A stretch of DNA of 64,000 nucleotides from Eledone cirrhosa (lineage: Eukaryota), in NCBI GenBank assembly GCA_964016885.1, contig OZ024752.1:46810001-46874000 (forward strand), given 5' to 3'. Positions 46,522-60,920 of the stretch are shown here, one piece after another; the stretch's first letter is position 1; each line of letters starts with the position of its first letter. The notes below the pieces were generated by a model, which saw nothing but the letters and a program-made list of their open reading frames with translations, had not been told where the DNA came from and made no database searches. Both the position numbers and the translations under genes were made by a program.

Positions 46522-47539
46522 AATGCGTAGCATATAACTAGGTGTTTACAGGAAAGAAAATACCTGGTTTATTCTTTTCTATCCTTTTAGACATTTGACT
46601 TTGACCGTACAGAAGGTGATGGTGGTGGTAGGGGTGGTTTTGGTGGTGGTGGTGGTGGTGGTGGGGGGACTTACAAGATTTTTATCCTCACATCTTTATT
46701 TATTTTCTTGTATATTCTCACATCTTTAATTATTTTCTTGTATATATCTGTAAATATCTTGATTTACGTATATAGTCAATTCTAGGTTGAGCACCAGTGT
46801 ATTAAATTTGATATATTCCTAGCTTTATACCCTTCCTATCACTAGCAACTGGCTGTAATTGGCCATTCATACTGATGTTAAGGTATTGTTCTCAAAATAA
46901 ATAATATCAGAATCTCATAGATTCAATATTATGTGAGGTAAAGTGTTTAACTGTGAAAATACAATAGTAAATATAGATATTTTATACTGAGGGTTTCTAT
47001 ATTATAGAACCAAGGGCAATATTGAGAAGTTTAGTATCAACACACACACGCACATACACATATATATACACACATACACACAGGCATAAAAAAGACCCTC
47101 CTCCCCAATAAAAACAAAAATAAAATACAAACCAACAACAGAAAAACCATCACACCCATGTTAGTATGGTATAAATATGATATAACAAAACAAAACAAAA
47201 AATAAACAACACCCCATCCCCTCAAAATACCCCACCCCCAAATAAATAAACACCCCCTTCACACAAAAAAACAACAAATAATAATAAATAAATTTTAAAA
47301 AAGCCAACTATCTTCCTAAATCATCTCTTTTGTCCTGAATATGTTTAACCAGAAATTAATGACATGTGTTGGCTTCCTATAATCAAATATTAACTGTTTT
47401 ATTAAATGTCCTCCTATGTTTGACCACCATAGCTTAAATCTAAACTTGACTTCTTGCTACCAACCCACACACCTTTCCTTAATCTCTTTTTAATATTTGA
47501 CATCCATTTTTCCATGATTGCATGGGTGAGATGTCATTT

Positions 47540-47810
47540 TGTTGTTGTTGTGGTGGTTTTTTTTTCTGGTGTTGTTGTTGTTGTTGGTGGTTTTTGTGGT
47601 TGTTGTGGTGGTGGTGGTGGTTGTTGTTGTTGTTGTGGTTGTTGTTGTTGGTGGTGGTGGTTGTTGTGGTCATGGCTGTTGTTGTAGTGGTTGTTGTGGT
47701 GGTTGCTGTTGTTGTGGTGGTGTTAGTGGTGGTGGTTGTGGTGGTGTTAGTGGTGGTGGTTGTTGTGGTGTTGGTGGTTGTTGTGGTGGTGGCTGCAGTT
47801 GTTTTTGTTG
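47540..47810. repeat. (GTT/GGT)n compound microsatellite
   Basis: Direct inspection. Confidence 0.9.
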
Positions 47811-49556
47811 TCAAGGCAATTATTTTTTTACAGTTGGATGCCATTTTTGTTGCTAATCATTCAAGTGGAACGTATCGATGAAAATCTGTGTTTGTTTTTG
47901 TTCAACCAGGCGTAGTGGAGATCATTGAATTGTTGTTGCTGCTGTTGTTGTTGTTGTTGTTGTTGTTGTGCTCAGGTCAGCGCTAATCAAGCAGACCTAT
48001 GATCAAAGACATTCCACATATGACCATTCCATCATCTCTGTTTTGTTTCTGTGTGTGTGTGTGTACATATGTGTAGGTGTGTGGAAGTGTATGTGTGTGT
48101 GGAGGTGTTGTGTGTGTGTGTCTATGCATAGGTGTGTGTGTGTGTGTGTGTGTGTGACTGACTATATCTCTCTTGGACCAATGTATCTTTTTGTTCTTTT
48201 TAAGATGGTGTATGTGTTTATGTAGACGTGTGGAGGTGTATGTGTGTAGGTGTGTGTGGACGATTTGGTTACTATTTTTAGTGAGTCAGGTGACCATATG
48301 GGGGTTATATTAATTAGCTTGAGCTGGCTTAGTTATGTTGTTTGGTTCATCATCATCATCGTTTAACGTCCATCTTCCATGCTAGCATGGGTTAGGCGGG
48401 TTTGTTCCATTTAGAGGCAAGTTGGGTTGGGTGACCATGTCTTGCTCATATAGGACAGTTTCTGGCTGGTTTTCTATGGCTAGATGCCCTTCCTAGTGCC
48501 AATGCCCTTCCTAGAGATATAAAAGAAAACTGGAGCGAGATTTCAATGTTGGACATATGGTCTGTTGTTGTTGTTGTTGTTTAGCTACAGGTTAACACAT
48601 GGGCTAGCATACCTCTGATGGTTTCTGATTTAAGCACAAGGCCAGCAGTTCAGGAGGAGAGGAAAATTTACCAAATCAACCCCAGTGTGTTACTGGTACT
48701 TTATTTTATCGACCATCCTGTAATGATGAAAGGCAAAGCTAACCTTGGCTAGAAAGCATGTTGTCTGATGTCCTAGCAGACCTATAATGAAAGACTTTCC
48801 AACCGTGCCCATCCTGTTTTAAACATTTTTTCAGACTACATTATACAATAGATCCTTCCTTTTATCAAATTATAGAATCTGATTTGAGAGATATTTATGT
48901 AATATTTCTATCACATCCCAAGTAGCTGTTAGGTTCTCTGAAAATATTTATTTGATTAAATCTGCAATTTCATATTAAAATAAAAGCCACAACTTATGAC
49001 CCAGCCATTGAAGCACTTTCAGATTAGATTCAAAGCCTAAAATCACATTGAGTGAGAAAAAGTTAACTAAATTTATATTTTCTTGTTTTTGTCTTTGTTT
49101 ATAATAAATTATGTCGTTCTGGTAGCTTCAATTATTTTATCTTCAGCTAAAAATGGCTCTCCAAAATGAAGAGGTTCCCTAGCCCTGACATAGAGGTTTC
49201 TCTGTTGGCTTGTGGTTAATAATTCTGATTGGTTATACTGATATAACTGATTCCTGGCCTAACATCTTCAGGTCAAGGTCAAATTCTGGGAGGAAACTAG
49301 GTGTGGTCTGAATATTGACATCAATATGAACTCCACTAAAAGGACTCAAAGATAAAGTGGTTGTGTTAAACCAGGCTTACTAACCAATACAAAACATACA
49401 GAGTTCATTCTTCTTAACTCTTTCCTTATGATATTTTTTAATAAATGATTTTGAAAATAAATAAGGATTTGGAATGATTTAGTAATGAACATATTTTAAA
49501 GCTGGAGCTTGGGATATAACAAGGCTTTTTATATTTCATTATGTTTGAAATTGTTA

Positions 49557-49749
49557 GGGCGGTGGATTGGCAGTATCGGTAGAGAGTCGGACGCCATGCT
49601 TTCCAGCGTAGTTACATCCCTTTACGGTCTGAGTTCAAATCCCGCCGAGGTTAACTTTGCCTTTCACTCTTACGGGGGTTGATAAAATAAAGTACCAGTA
49701 ATGTACTGGGTAATTGCTGGCCTTGTGCCAAAAGTAGAAACAATTATAT
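49557..49749 (+). mobile_element. tRNA-derived SINE family B (about 190 bp; GCCTTTCATCCTTACGGGGTCGATAAA domain; GCCTTGTGCCAAAAGTAGAAACAATTAT tail)
   Basis: Pol III A/B-box-like TGGCAGTATCGG / GAGTTCAAATCC; many copies in the window. Confidence 0.8.
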
Positions 49750-50502
49750 TTAAAATTGTTTAGATAATTTTAAAAACATTAAAACAAACTGTTTATATTG
49801 TAGAACCAAGGACGATTTCAGGTGGTTTTGTATCAAAAGGATTAATCCTTTCATTATCATATTTAAAATAATTGTTTCTACTTTTGACACAAGGCCAGCA
49901 ATTACCCAGTGCATTACTGGTACTTTATTTTATCGACCCCGTAACGATGAAAGGCAAAGTTAACCTCGACGGTTAAATTAGCGATTGTCTGAGTGTCATT
50001 AAACGAGACAGTTTGGTCGTTGAGTGAGGAATGTGACAGCATATTTAAACTGATTAATCTTTAATTAGCGATAGTCTGAGTGTCATTAAACGAGCTGGTT
50101 TGGTCGTTGAGTGAGGAATGTGACAGTATATTGAACCAAAGATTAATCTCTAATTAATAATAGTTTAATGATAAGCATTTACAGAACAGTTTAAACAGTT
50201 TCATTTCAATGTCTCAGATGTAGGAACTGACACAGTGTAAGAAGAGTGAGCACCAGTTGTATTGAAAATGGTTTTTATTGGTTGAAAACTAGATGGTGAA
50301 AACTGAGCCACCTTTAGGTTTTCAAAAAACAAAACAAACAAGCCCCCCCCCCCCCCCCCAAAAAAAATAAACAAAAAAAAAATAAATAAAATAAAAATAA
50401 ACAAAAACAATTTAAAACAAACATTTTCATCATATTTTTTCTTTACAATTTCAGTATTATTATTTTTAGTATTTTTATTATTATTATTATTATCATTTGT
50501 TA

Positions 50503-50536
50503 CCATCACCACCACCACTACTACTGCTACTGCAGC

Positions 50537-50567
<31 letters not shown>

Positions 50568-50673
50568 CATCACCACCACCACCACCACCACTACTACTAC
50601 TACTACTACCACCACCACCACCACCACCACCACCACCACCACCACCACCACCACCACAACCACCACCACCACC

Positions 50674-50705
<32 letters not shown>

Positions 50706-50721
50706 CACCACCGCCACCACC

Positions 50722-50811
<90 letters not shown>

Positions 50812-51048
50812 GCTACTGTTGCTGCTGCTGCTGCTGCTGCCACCACCACCACCACCACCACTACTACTACTACTACTACTGCTGCTGCTACCACCACCAC
50901 CACCACCACCACTACTACTACTAACACCACCACCACCACCACCACTACTACTACTAACACCACCACCACCACCACCACCACCACCACCACCACCACCACC
51001 ACTACTACTAACACCACCACCACCACCACCACTACTACTACTACTACT
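50503..51048. repeat. Compound trinucleotide microsatellite (CAC/TAC/TGC)n
   Basis: Direct inspection; explains the poly-T/V/P/L ORFs. Confidence 0.95.
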
Positions 51049-51290
51049 TAGCTACATTATGTACTGAGCTATGAACTTGGTTCACTTCTTATATCACAAT
51101 ATTGATTTGTTGGCAAATTTGATACATACACATGTGTATGTATGTGTATATATTTATATACACACATACATACATATACATACACATGTATATATATATA
51201 TATATGTATGTATAAAATATATAATATATATATTTTATATATATATATATGTATATATATAAATGTATAAAATATATAATATATATATTA

Positions 51291-51368
<78 letters not shown>

Positions 51369-51383
51369 TATATATAATATAAA

Positions 51384-51414
<31 letters not shown>

Positions 51415-52488
51415 TATATATATACACACACATACATATATATATACACACATGCACACACACATGTGTATTTCATGTTGTTCTTATTGGTGTAGTACCT
51501 GTTTATCCCACCCACCCACCCCACCTCTATTCCCACCCCTATTCTCAGCCCTCCCACCTTGCTGTTGTAAGTTACTATTCAGATATAGAAGCTTATGTCT
51601 TATATAAACTAGTCAACCAGCCTATCAAAAAAAGGGAGAGTTTTGAATTTGAGAATTTGAGAAAAGGAAAAAAAAATAGTTTTCTAGTTTCCCCTTCTCT
51701 CCTTTTCCTACATCCCACCCTCTTTCTAATTAAGTATTTTTTTAATTTGTTATTTCTACACTTGTGAGTAAATCACTAAACACACCAATTTTATTAAGTT
51801 ACTGACTGATATCAGATCTATTTTTAGTTTAATAAAGAAGAGAAAAGGATTATAAATTAAAGTTCAAATCAAAAAGAGATACCATATGAACAAAATTTAA
51901 AGAAAATGGGAGGAAAAAATTATTTCTTAAATCCTTAAATATCTTCTTTTTTTTCTTCTTCGTTTTGCTAAGATTCTAGAATCCTCCGTGTTTTCTTTTT
52001 TTTTGTACTATGTACTATCCTTAATATTTCAAGAGAGCTTATTGATTGACATTATCCCAACCTTGTAATCTATATATATATATATATGTGTGTATATATA
52101 TATATGTGTATATGTGTGTATATATATATATGTGTATATATGTGTGTGTATATATATGTGTGTGTGTATATATACATATATATATATATAGCACATATTT
52201 ATTTATTTATCTATTTATATATGTGCACTTATATATATATGTATATATATGTATGTATGTATGTATGTATTTATTTATATATATATATATCCATACATTT
52301 ACACACATATTTATTTGTATATATATATATATATATATACATGCACTCATGACACGCACACTAACATATATATATATAAACACGTTACCGCCTGCGTAGT
52401 TGTGATCAATTAATACATTTTATAAATATTGACTTGGGATATTTAAAACTTCTGTAAGTTTTATTTTCGTGTTTTGGAGGAGGGAGCT

Positions 52489-52576
<88 letters not shown>

Positions 52577-52958
52577 AGGGAGTTGATATATATATATCAA
52601 CTCCCTCCTCCAAAACAGGAAAATAAATATATATATACATAAGTAGATCAATATTCTTGCACTACAACTATTTCTGTAAACAGAAACAGAGCTCTTTATT
52701 CATTTTTAAAGTGAAAAAATAATTCATAAGAAGAAAATGAACCCTTTTTAACCCTTTTATGACTTTATAACTAACGAAATATGCATATATTTCGATTAAT
52801 TTTGTTAAATGATGAAGGATTTGGAAGAAATTAGTAAAACGTCTGTTCCATTTAGAAATTAGCACAAAACATTGTAAAGATGTAGATGTCAATTAACTGA
52901 GAAAACGAAGACAAAACAAGGATTTTACCATCTTTCAACTCTCTATTGGACATCGTGC

Positions 52959-53824
52959 AAGTTTTGACATTAAAGAAAGTACTACTTGATCTGGTGGTGA
53001 GACAGTTTTGACATCAAAGGTAGTACTGCTCCATCTGGTGGTTGACAGTTTTGACATTAAAGATAGTACTACTTGATCTGGTGGTGAGACAGTTTTGACA
53101 TCAAAGGCTGTATTGCTTGCTCCATCTGGTGGTGAGACAGTTTTGACATTAAAGGTAGTACTACTATATCTGGTGGGGAGACAGTTTTGACATCAAAGGC
53201 AGTACTACTCGATCTGGTGGTGAGACAGTTTTGACATCAAAGGCAGTACTACTCGATCTGGTGGTGAGACAGTTTTGACATTAAAGATGGTACTACTCGA
53301 TCTGGTGGTGAGACAGTTTTGACATCAAAGGCAGTACTACTCGATCTGGTGGTGAGACAGTTTTGACATCAAAGGCAGTACTACTCGATCTGGTGGTGAG
53401 ACAGTTTTGACATCAAAGGCAGTACTACTCGATCTGGTGGTGGGACAGTTTTGACATTAAAGATGGTACTACTCGATCTGGTGGTGGGACAGTTTTGACA
53501 TCAAAGGCAGTACTACTTGATCTGGTGGTGAGACAGTTTTGACATCAAAGGCAGTACTACTCGATCTGGTGGTGAGACAGTTTTGACATCAAAGGCAGTA
53601 CTACTCGATCTGGTGGTGAGACAGTTTTGACATCAAAGGCAGTACTACTCGATCTGGTGGTGAGACAGTTTTGACATCAAAGGCAGTACTACTCCATCTA
53701 ATGGTTGACAGTTTTGACATCAAAGGCAGTACTACTCGATCTGGTGGTGAGACAGTTTTGACATCAAAGGTAGTACTGTTCCATCTGGTAGTTGACAGTT
53801 TTGACACTAAAGGCAGTACTACTA
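52959..53824. repeat. 44-bp minisatellite, about 19-20 units
   Basis: Unit GACAGTTTTGACATCAAAGGCAGTACTACTCGATCTGGTGGTGA. Confidence 0.95.
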
Positions 53825-53954
53825 CATCTGATTTGTTTTATATATCCTGCGTTTGTTGACAATTTGATACTTGTAAACTGTTCAAGTATTTGTATTTTAA
53901 CACTCAGTTAACTTTTCTACCACTGTGAAGTTGAAATTAAACCTGTTGTCAGCC

Positions 53955-54270
53955 AGGCAGACTGTAGGTTAGTGGTTAGGGTGTTGGATTTACGATCATA
54001 ATGTTATGGGTTCGATTCCTGGACTGGGTTGTGTGTTGTGTTCTTGAGCAAAACACTTCTATGTTATGTTGCTTTAGTATACTCAGCTGAAAATGAGTAC
54101 CAGCAATAGCTGTGGAGGAAGAGGGGAATTTAATCCTGCGATGGACTGGCGTCCTGTCCAGGGGGGGGGAGTTTTGTACTCTCAGTCACTTCATGCCACA
54201 GAAACTAGGATAATCACCAACCTAATGAGCCTACGGGCTCGAGACAGACTTAAGACTTTACACTTTAGAC
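53955..54270 (+). mobile_element. tRNA-derived SINE family C (CORE-like plus CCTGCGATGGACTGGCGTCCTGTCCAGGGG domain)
   Basis: A box TAGTGGTTAG, B box GGTTCGATTCC, CTTGAGCAAAACACTT core, distinct 3' part. Confidence 0.65.
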
Positions 54271-54384
54271 CTACTTATTGCTAGTTAGAGAGGACAAGCT
54301 AGAGATTACATGTCATGATGATGGGGAAACAAACTGATGACCTAAACTGGTAACATTCAGACCCCCCCCCCCCCCTCAAAAAGC

Positions 54385-54690
54385 CATTTGAACTCAGAAT
54401 GGGATTTGAATGGGATTTGAACTCAGAATGGCAAGGGCCGTAACTCTATACGTCAAAGCATGGTGTCCGACCCTCTACCGATACTGCCAATCCAACATAA
54501 AAATTGTTTCTACGTTTGGCACAAGGCCAGCAATTACCCAGCACATAACTGGTACTTTATTTTATCGACCCCATAAGGATGAAAGGCAAAGCTAACCTCA
54601 GCGGGATTTGAACTCAGATCATAAAGGGCTGTAACTCTTTTGCTGTAAAGCATGGCGTCCGACCCTCTACCCATACTGCCAATCCAACAT
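54385..54690 (-). mobile_element. SINE family B tandem copies
   Basis: Repeated head segments ...GACCCTCTACC.ATACTGCCAATCCAAC. Confidence 0.7.
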
Positions 54691-54978
54691 AACAATAAAA
54701 CTTTTATCTTTCCTCTATTTTCATGTCTCGAGAGATTTCTCTTTTCTTTTTTTTTTTATGTGTCTTTAGTTTTGTTTGTATTTAATATAAATATGAACAG
54801 TTGTTGTGTCTTTCTTCCACCTGCTAACGCCATTAACCATTATGTTTTAACTGGTTTTTCTATTTCTGCATTAAATGGTATGAATAACACAATTGATTTA
54901 ACACTTCTAGCTGTCAGTCATTTTATACACACATATACACACGTTTATATGTATATATATATATATATGGACATAAAT

Positions 54979-55020
<42 letters not shown>

Positions 55021-56002
55021 GCACATACATACATATATATATATACACACATATGTATATATATATATATATATAAATATATATATGCACATACATACAT
55101 ATATATATATATATATACACACACACATATTTATATATAAGTTATGTTGGCACCACAACATACAGTCCGAAACAAATGAGGTCGTGTAGGTGTCACGACA
55201 AAAAAAAACACACAGTCCACGCTGTAATGTGGCCGTGTAGGTAACAAGGTAAAAGCCTCCCAGTTCCACACTGTAAACGTGGTTGGTGTTAGGAAGGGCA
55301 TCCAGCCGTAGAAAACCCGCCAGACAGTCCTATGCGAGCAGGACAACAAATCTTGCCTCAAGTGGGAAACCTCCCGTCCAAACCCATGCAAGCGTGGAAG
55401 ATGGATGTTAAACGATGATGATGATGATGATGATGATGATGCACATACATACATATATATATACAGACACACACACACATATATATATATATATATGCAC
55501 ATACATACATATATATATATACACACACACACACATATATATATATATAAGCTATCGCCGTATTTTGACTAAAGAAATTAAAGAAATTATTTAGCCTGAT
55601 AGTGGGGTTAAGAACCCTTGGAGAAATGGAAAAGATGAGTATTGACGTACATGGGAGTCAAACCCACATCTTTATTTATTTATTTTTCATTTAATTTCAT
55701 TTTTTTTTTAAATATTTTTTTTTATTGCTTTTTTTTGTTCCTGCTGTGTTATCCTTTTCATAAATATTTATAAATTGTATGTAAATTGTTTCCATACACC
55801 TTTTCAATTATATGTTACAGAAAAAAACAAACAAAAAAACAAAAAAAAAAACAATTTTATTTCAATGAAATAAATTATTTGCCTATTTTTCAAAAAAAGT
55901 AAAAAAAAAAATAACAAACTGAATATACATTCTTCTACATCAATTACTTATTATTTTATTTGCTGTAATTATTATGAAAACAGCCAATACAATAAGAACA
56001 AG

Positions 56003-56045
<43 letters not shown>

Positions 56046-56305
56046 GCAAAAGTTTTATTTAAAATTGTTGGGTTACAACAAGTAAATATTTTATAACCGA
56101 TATAAAGCACTTGACAAGTTTTGGGAGTAGATATACGATATTAAACAAATGGAAACTATATTTATAAAACCATATTTATTTCATTATACATATTTCAGGG
56201 ATACCATATTAAAAATATGGCATGCCTTCGTCAGATAAAATACAATATATAAACAGTTTTATAAATAATTTTGACGTACCATAAATATAAGCGACCATTA
56301 AGATA

Positions 56306-56663
56306 GGAGGCTGGCTTGGTAGTCTAGTGGTTAGAGCATTGGCCTTGCAATCGAAAGGTTGTGAGTTCAATTCTCAGACCGGGTGATGTGTTGTTTCCTT
56401 GAGCAAGACACTTTATTTCACATTGTTCCAGTTTACTCAGCTGTAGAAATGAGATGATAGAGACTGGGGTCCATATCATTCCACTGCAAAGTGGTTGTGG
56501 AGGTGCTACGGAAAAAAAGCACCCAGCACTCACTGTAAATGAGGTTGGTGTTAGGAAGGGCATCCAGCTGTAGAAATCAAGCCAGAATCAGTTCCCGTCC
56601 CACCCTTGCAAGCAGGGAAAAAGCGGACGTAAAATGAAATGATGATGAAATGATGATGATGAT
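56306..56663 (+). mobile_element. SINE family A
   Basis: Near-identical to 15701-16044. Confidence 0.85.
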
Positions 56664-56666
56664 ATA

Positions 56667-56743
<77 letters not shown>

Positions 56744-56897
56744 ATTTAAAACTGCACTATCCACAAGTGTTTTTTATCCTTCATATCATGTTCTCCTGTT
56801 TTATCTGATGAAAACACAAATATTATTGCATGATGATGTTTGTTTTTGAAATGCGCATAATAAAATACATGGAACTCCTTTAACCATCTTTTGATCT

Positions 56898-56943
<46 letters not shown>

Positions 56944-57917
56944 ATATCATCATCATAATCATTTTCCTATTTGCTATATATATATATATATTCTAATTTA
57001 AACATGTCTGTTTTGTTTCCAAAGTGATTTTGCTGTGTAAAGTATTTCATTAGAATGTTGCTTATATTTTTACATCCATTTTTATTGAATTTTTATTTTT
57101 GGTTATTTTGGTGTCTTTTTTTTTCAATTTATTTGCTGCTATTGTTGTAGTTGTTTTTGTCGTTGTTGTTGTTGTCGTAGTTGTTGTCGTAGTTGTAGTA
57201 GTAGTAGTAGTAGCAGTAGCAGTAGTAGCAGTAGTAGTAGTAGCAGTAGTAGTAGTAGTAGTAGTTGTTGTTGTTAGTATATTTGTGTCATTGTTCTGTT
57301 GGTTTTGTCTGTTATTGCTGAACTGAATGTTATCTCTCCACTTATGTACCTGCAATGAAGCTCCTTATCAAGTTATGTAGCCAAGTAATTACATCGGCTC
57401 TTTGAGCTGTGCCTGCAGGTAAATTTGAAGAAAACTTATCCATTGTAATACTAAGTAGTATGAAGGAAATACAGCTGTCAGCCATAGGGGAAACAAGAGG
57501 AGGAAGAAAAACTGGTAATTGCTTTTGGAAAAACATTTGGAATTTAAAATAATATTGGCTAGTCTGATATTTATGATGGCTGAGATGTACATTGACAAGA
57601 AGACTTATCAATCTAATTAGAAGCTATGGAATGTCTTTTCATCGAAAGAAAAATTGCTTTCAGATGAAAATTCATTCAACCTGTTATTAAATTGAGTCTG
57701 TTGGCAACATTGTTTGAGGTTTGAATTAGAGGCTTTGTGGTATATGTTACAGCTATGCATTTTGTGTTCAATTCCTAGTAAAGACAGCTTTGCCTTTCAT
57801 CATTTCAGGGACGGTAGATTGGCAGTATTTGTAGAGTGTCAGACACCTTGTTTCATGGCATAGAGTTATGGCCCTTTATGATCTGATTTCAAATCCCACT
57901 GAGGTTAGCTTTGCTTG

Positions 57918-57963
<46 letters not shown>

Positions 57964-58066
57964 TAATGCTTTGACACTTCACAGAAAGTAAAATAATTTG
58001 TTTTAAACATTTTCTAACTCCGGAAAATAATAACGGAAAAAAAAAATTTTTTTCTTCCTAATAATC

Positions 58067-58161
<95 letters not shown>

Positions 58162-58502
58162 ATATATAATGAGCGAGACACGGTCGCCTAACCAATTTTG
58201 CTTCAAGTGGGACAATTCCTGTCTAACCCATGCTAGCGTGGAAGATAGACGTTAAATGATGATGATGATGATGATGATATATGCATAGTTTATTATTTAA
58301 AAAAGAAACAAACACACAGATCCAATTACACAAAGTCTTTTTATTTTCACACTTGAAAGAGGTAAAGGAATGTTTCAATGTATCAGATGCTAGTCCTTCA
58401 TTATAAAATTCACTCAGTATATACTGCAAAGGGGTAGTGCTGGTGCCATGATAAAATGCCCCTGGTACAGTCTATAATGTGGCATTAGGAAGGGCATCCA
58501 GC

Positions 58503-58841
58503 TAGGACCGAATTTAATGGGAAGCAAAGGGGACAATTGCACCGTACCCTCAGCAGTGGGGGGCCTCAGCAGTGGGGGGCCTCAGCAGTGAGGGGCCCCA
58601 CTAGCGACAGCCATAACAATTTATTTGTGCCCTCACCTGGGCTTTTTAGTTTTAGGATGGTTAGAATTTTGGAATGTAAGACCTGAATATATATATAACT
58701 TTTCAATTCCAGTTACTTGAGCCAAGCTAATTTAGATATGTAAAATTAGGGGATCTGCTCTGTATTCTAATTTTTTGTGTATGAAGCGGGCCCCCAAAAC
58801 CTGAAGTGCCCTGGGGCCCCCAAGGTCTAAACACAACCCTG
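58503..58841. mobile_element. hAT-type MITE inserted in a SINE tail
   Basis: Exact 8-bp TSD CATCCAGC (58495-58502, 58842-58849); decayed TIRs; GGGCCCC subterminal motifs. Confidence 0.65.
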
Positions 58842-58965
58842 CATCCAGCCATAGAAACCATTGGCAAAAATATAGAGTGTATGAGTGAAGCATGGTGTCT
58901 CATCCTGGCTTGTCTCAGACTCTGACAACCCATCCAACACATGCCAGCATGGAAAGTAGACAAAA

Positions 58966-58968
58966 GAA

Positions 58969-59019
<51 letters not shown>

Positions 59020-59085
59020 GGTGACAATGGTGGTGATGATGAAGATGATGATGACGATGGTGGTGGCGGTGATGATGATGATGGC

Positions 59086-59119
<34 letters not shown>

Positions 59120-59217
59120 GTGGTGGTGATGGCGATGATGATGGCGATGATGATGATGATGATGATGGTGATGGTGGTGATGGCGATGATGATGGTGATG
59201 GGGATGATGAGGATGAT

Positions 59218-59251
<34 letters not shown>
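58966..59251. repeat. (GAT/GGT/GGC)n + (GCA)n microsatellite expanded from a SINE/LINE tail
   Basis: Follows the CATGCCAGCATGGAAAGTAGAC tail motif. Confidence 0.9.
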
Positions 59252-59252
<1 letters not shown>

Positions 59253-59838
59253 TTACAAGAGAGAGGAGACAATGTTTTAGATGGGACATTTATAATGTGA
59301 TCAAATGTAATAATATATCAATCAAAAAGAGAGAGAGAGAACCTAACCCAGATAAATATGGAAGGGCATATTTATTTAGCTTGAGCATGAGGAAGCTGTC
59401 ACATAGAGAAATAGGATAAGTACAAAAAGTTCGAGAGAAAGAGCGTGAGATAATTAAAAAGCTATAACTTTACCTCTGTAGACTGGACAGATCTAATAGG
59501 CTTTCACAAAATGCCATGCTATGATATAAGCTCTTTGCTTGAAACAGCTCTCTTAGATATGTACAAAAAAATTCTATTCCTCTCTGAGCTTCCATAAAAC
59601 AGCTTCTAATAATCTATTCTTGGCAGTATAATGCAAGCTGTTTGGTGGAATATTTGACAAAACAAAATATCTTCAACGACAACAAACAAACAAAAAGAAA
59701 CAAACAGTTAAGATGGCTGCTTTAAGTAAGCTACCTTATTTTCGCTGAGACATTATTATTACTTTCTGATTCCGGTAACTTCTTCAGAACCAAGATACAA
59801 TGGACTAATTTCTATCTTTCTTTCTGTCTGTCTTTCTT

Positions 59839-59873
<35 letters not shown>

Positions 59874-59889
59874 ACCATTTTCGTCCAAA

Positions 59890-60240
59890 TATGTGATCGA
59901 ACTTTGTGGAGAAAAATATCTAATGTTGATGCACAGTCTGCAACTGGCGGAGTTTAGCTTCTGAATAATAATAAGAATCTGAAGTGGTGCGCAGAAGAGA
60001 AGACTGTGTTGGTACGAACGTGTGATGTGCATGAATGATGATTGCTGGGTAAAGAAGGGCCAGGAAATCCTTGTAGAAGGAAGACACAGTCGAGGTAGGC
60101 CAAGAAAAATCTGGGCAGAGGTAGTGCGAGCTGATCTCAAATCACTGGGACTCACAGAGGAGATGACAAAGGAACATGGGGAATAGAGAGATGTTGTGGT
60201 GAAAAGTGAAAAGGACCTGTCCAATCCATGCGAGCATTTG
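59890..60240 (+). mobile_element. RTE-type LINE 3' fragment
   Basis: RRLCWYERVM.MNDDCWVKK....VEG..SRGRPRKIWAEVVRADL. Confidence 0.65.
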
Positions 60241-60727
60241 GTTTTGGTTTTCATCAAACAAATCCCATTGATAAGGTATTGGTCAATCCAAGGCTATAAT
60301 AGGCTAAAACACTTACCCAAGATGTCAAACCACATAGTTGCAAAGTGAACTTCCTAACCATGCTGCCATGCCTGCTCCTATTGTGAACAATAGAATTATC
60401 AATCTTATCACCACTCCCAAATATGGCAGGTGGTCTCTAAAATCATATTCTACTTGTCATAACTCTGAAAATATACAATATTTCTTTAAATGACAAAATA
60501 AATATTAATTATTTATTTACTGGAACAACAATCACTATTATAATGTTTTCACTTTTATTGTGGTCTGTTAGAATGTTTTCTCATCAGTGTATTGTTAGAG
60601 ATAATAATAATAATAATGAAATTATTGTGTACAGTGCTCAGGTGCACTACAACTCATCAAAGGTGCATGTATAGTACATAGAATAATGTACAAATGTCAG
60701 GAAATGAACAGCGTATGAGTCATGATA

Positions 60728-60920
60728 TAATAATTGTTTCTACTTTAGGCACAAGGCCAGCAATTACCCAGTGCATTACTGGTACTTTATTTTATCGACC
60801 CCGTAAGGATGAAAGGCAAAGTCAACCTCGGCGGGACTTGAACTCAGATCATAAAGGGACGTAACTATGCTGGAAAGCATGGTGTCCGACCCTCTACTGA
60901 TACTGCCAATCCACCGCCCT
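60728..60920 (-). mobile_element. SINE family B, full length
   Basis: Reverse-complement match to 49557-49749. Confidence 0.8.

Noticed and set aside
50493-51463. Poly-Thr/Val/Pro and YI-repeat ORFs (also 3522-3961, 47454-47881, 52046-52399, 58727-59419)
   Set aside because: Translations of microsatellites; no splice or domain support.
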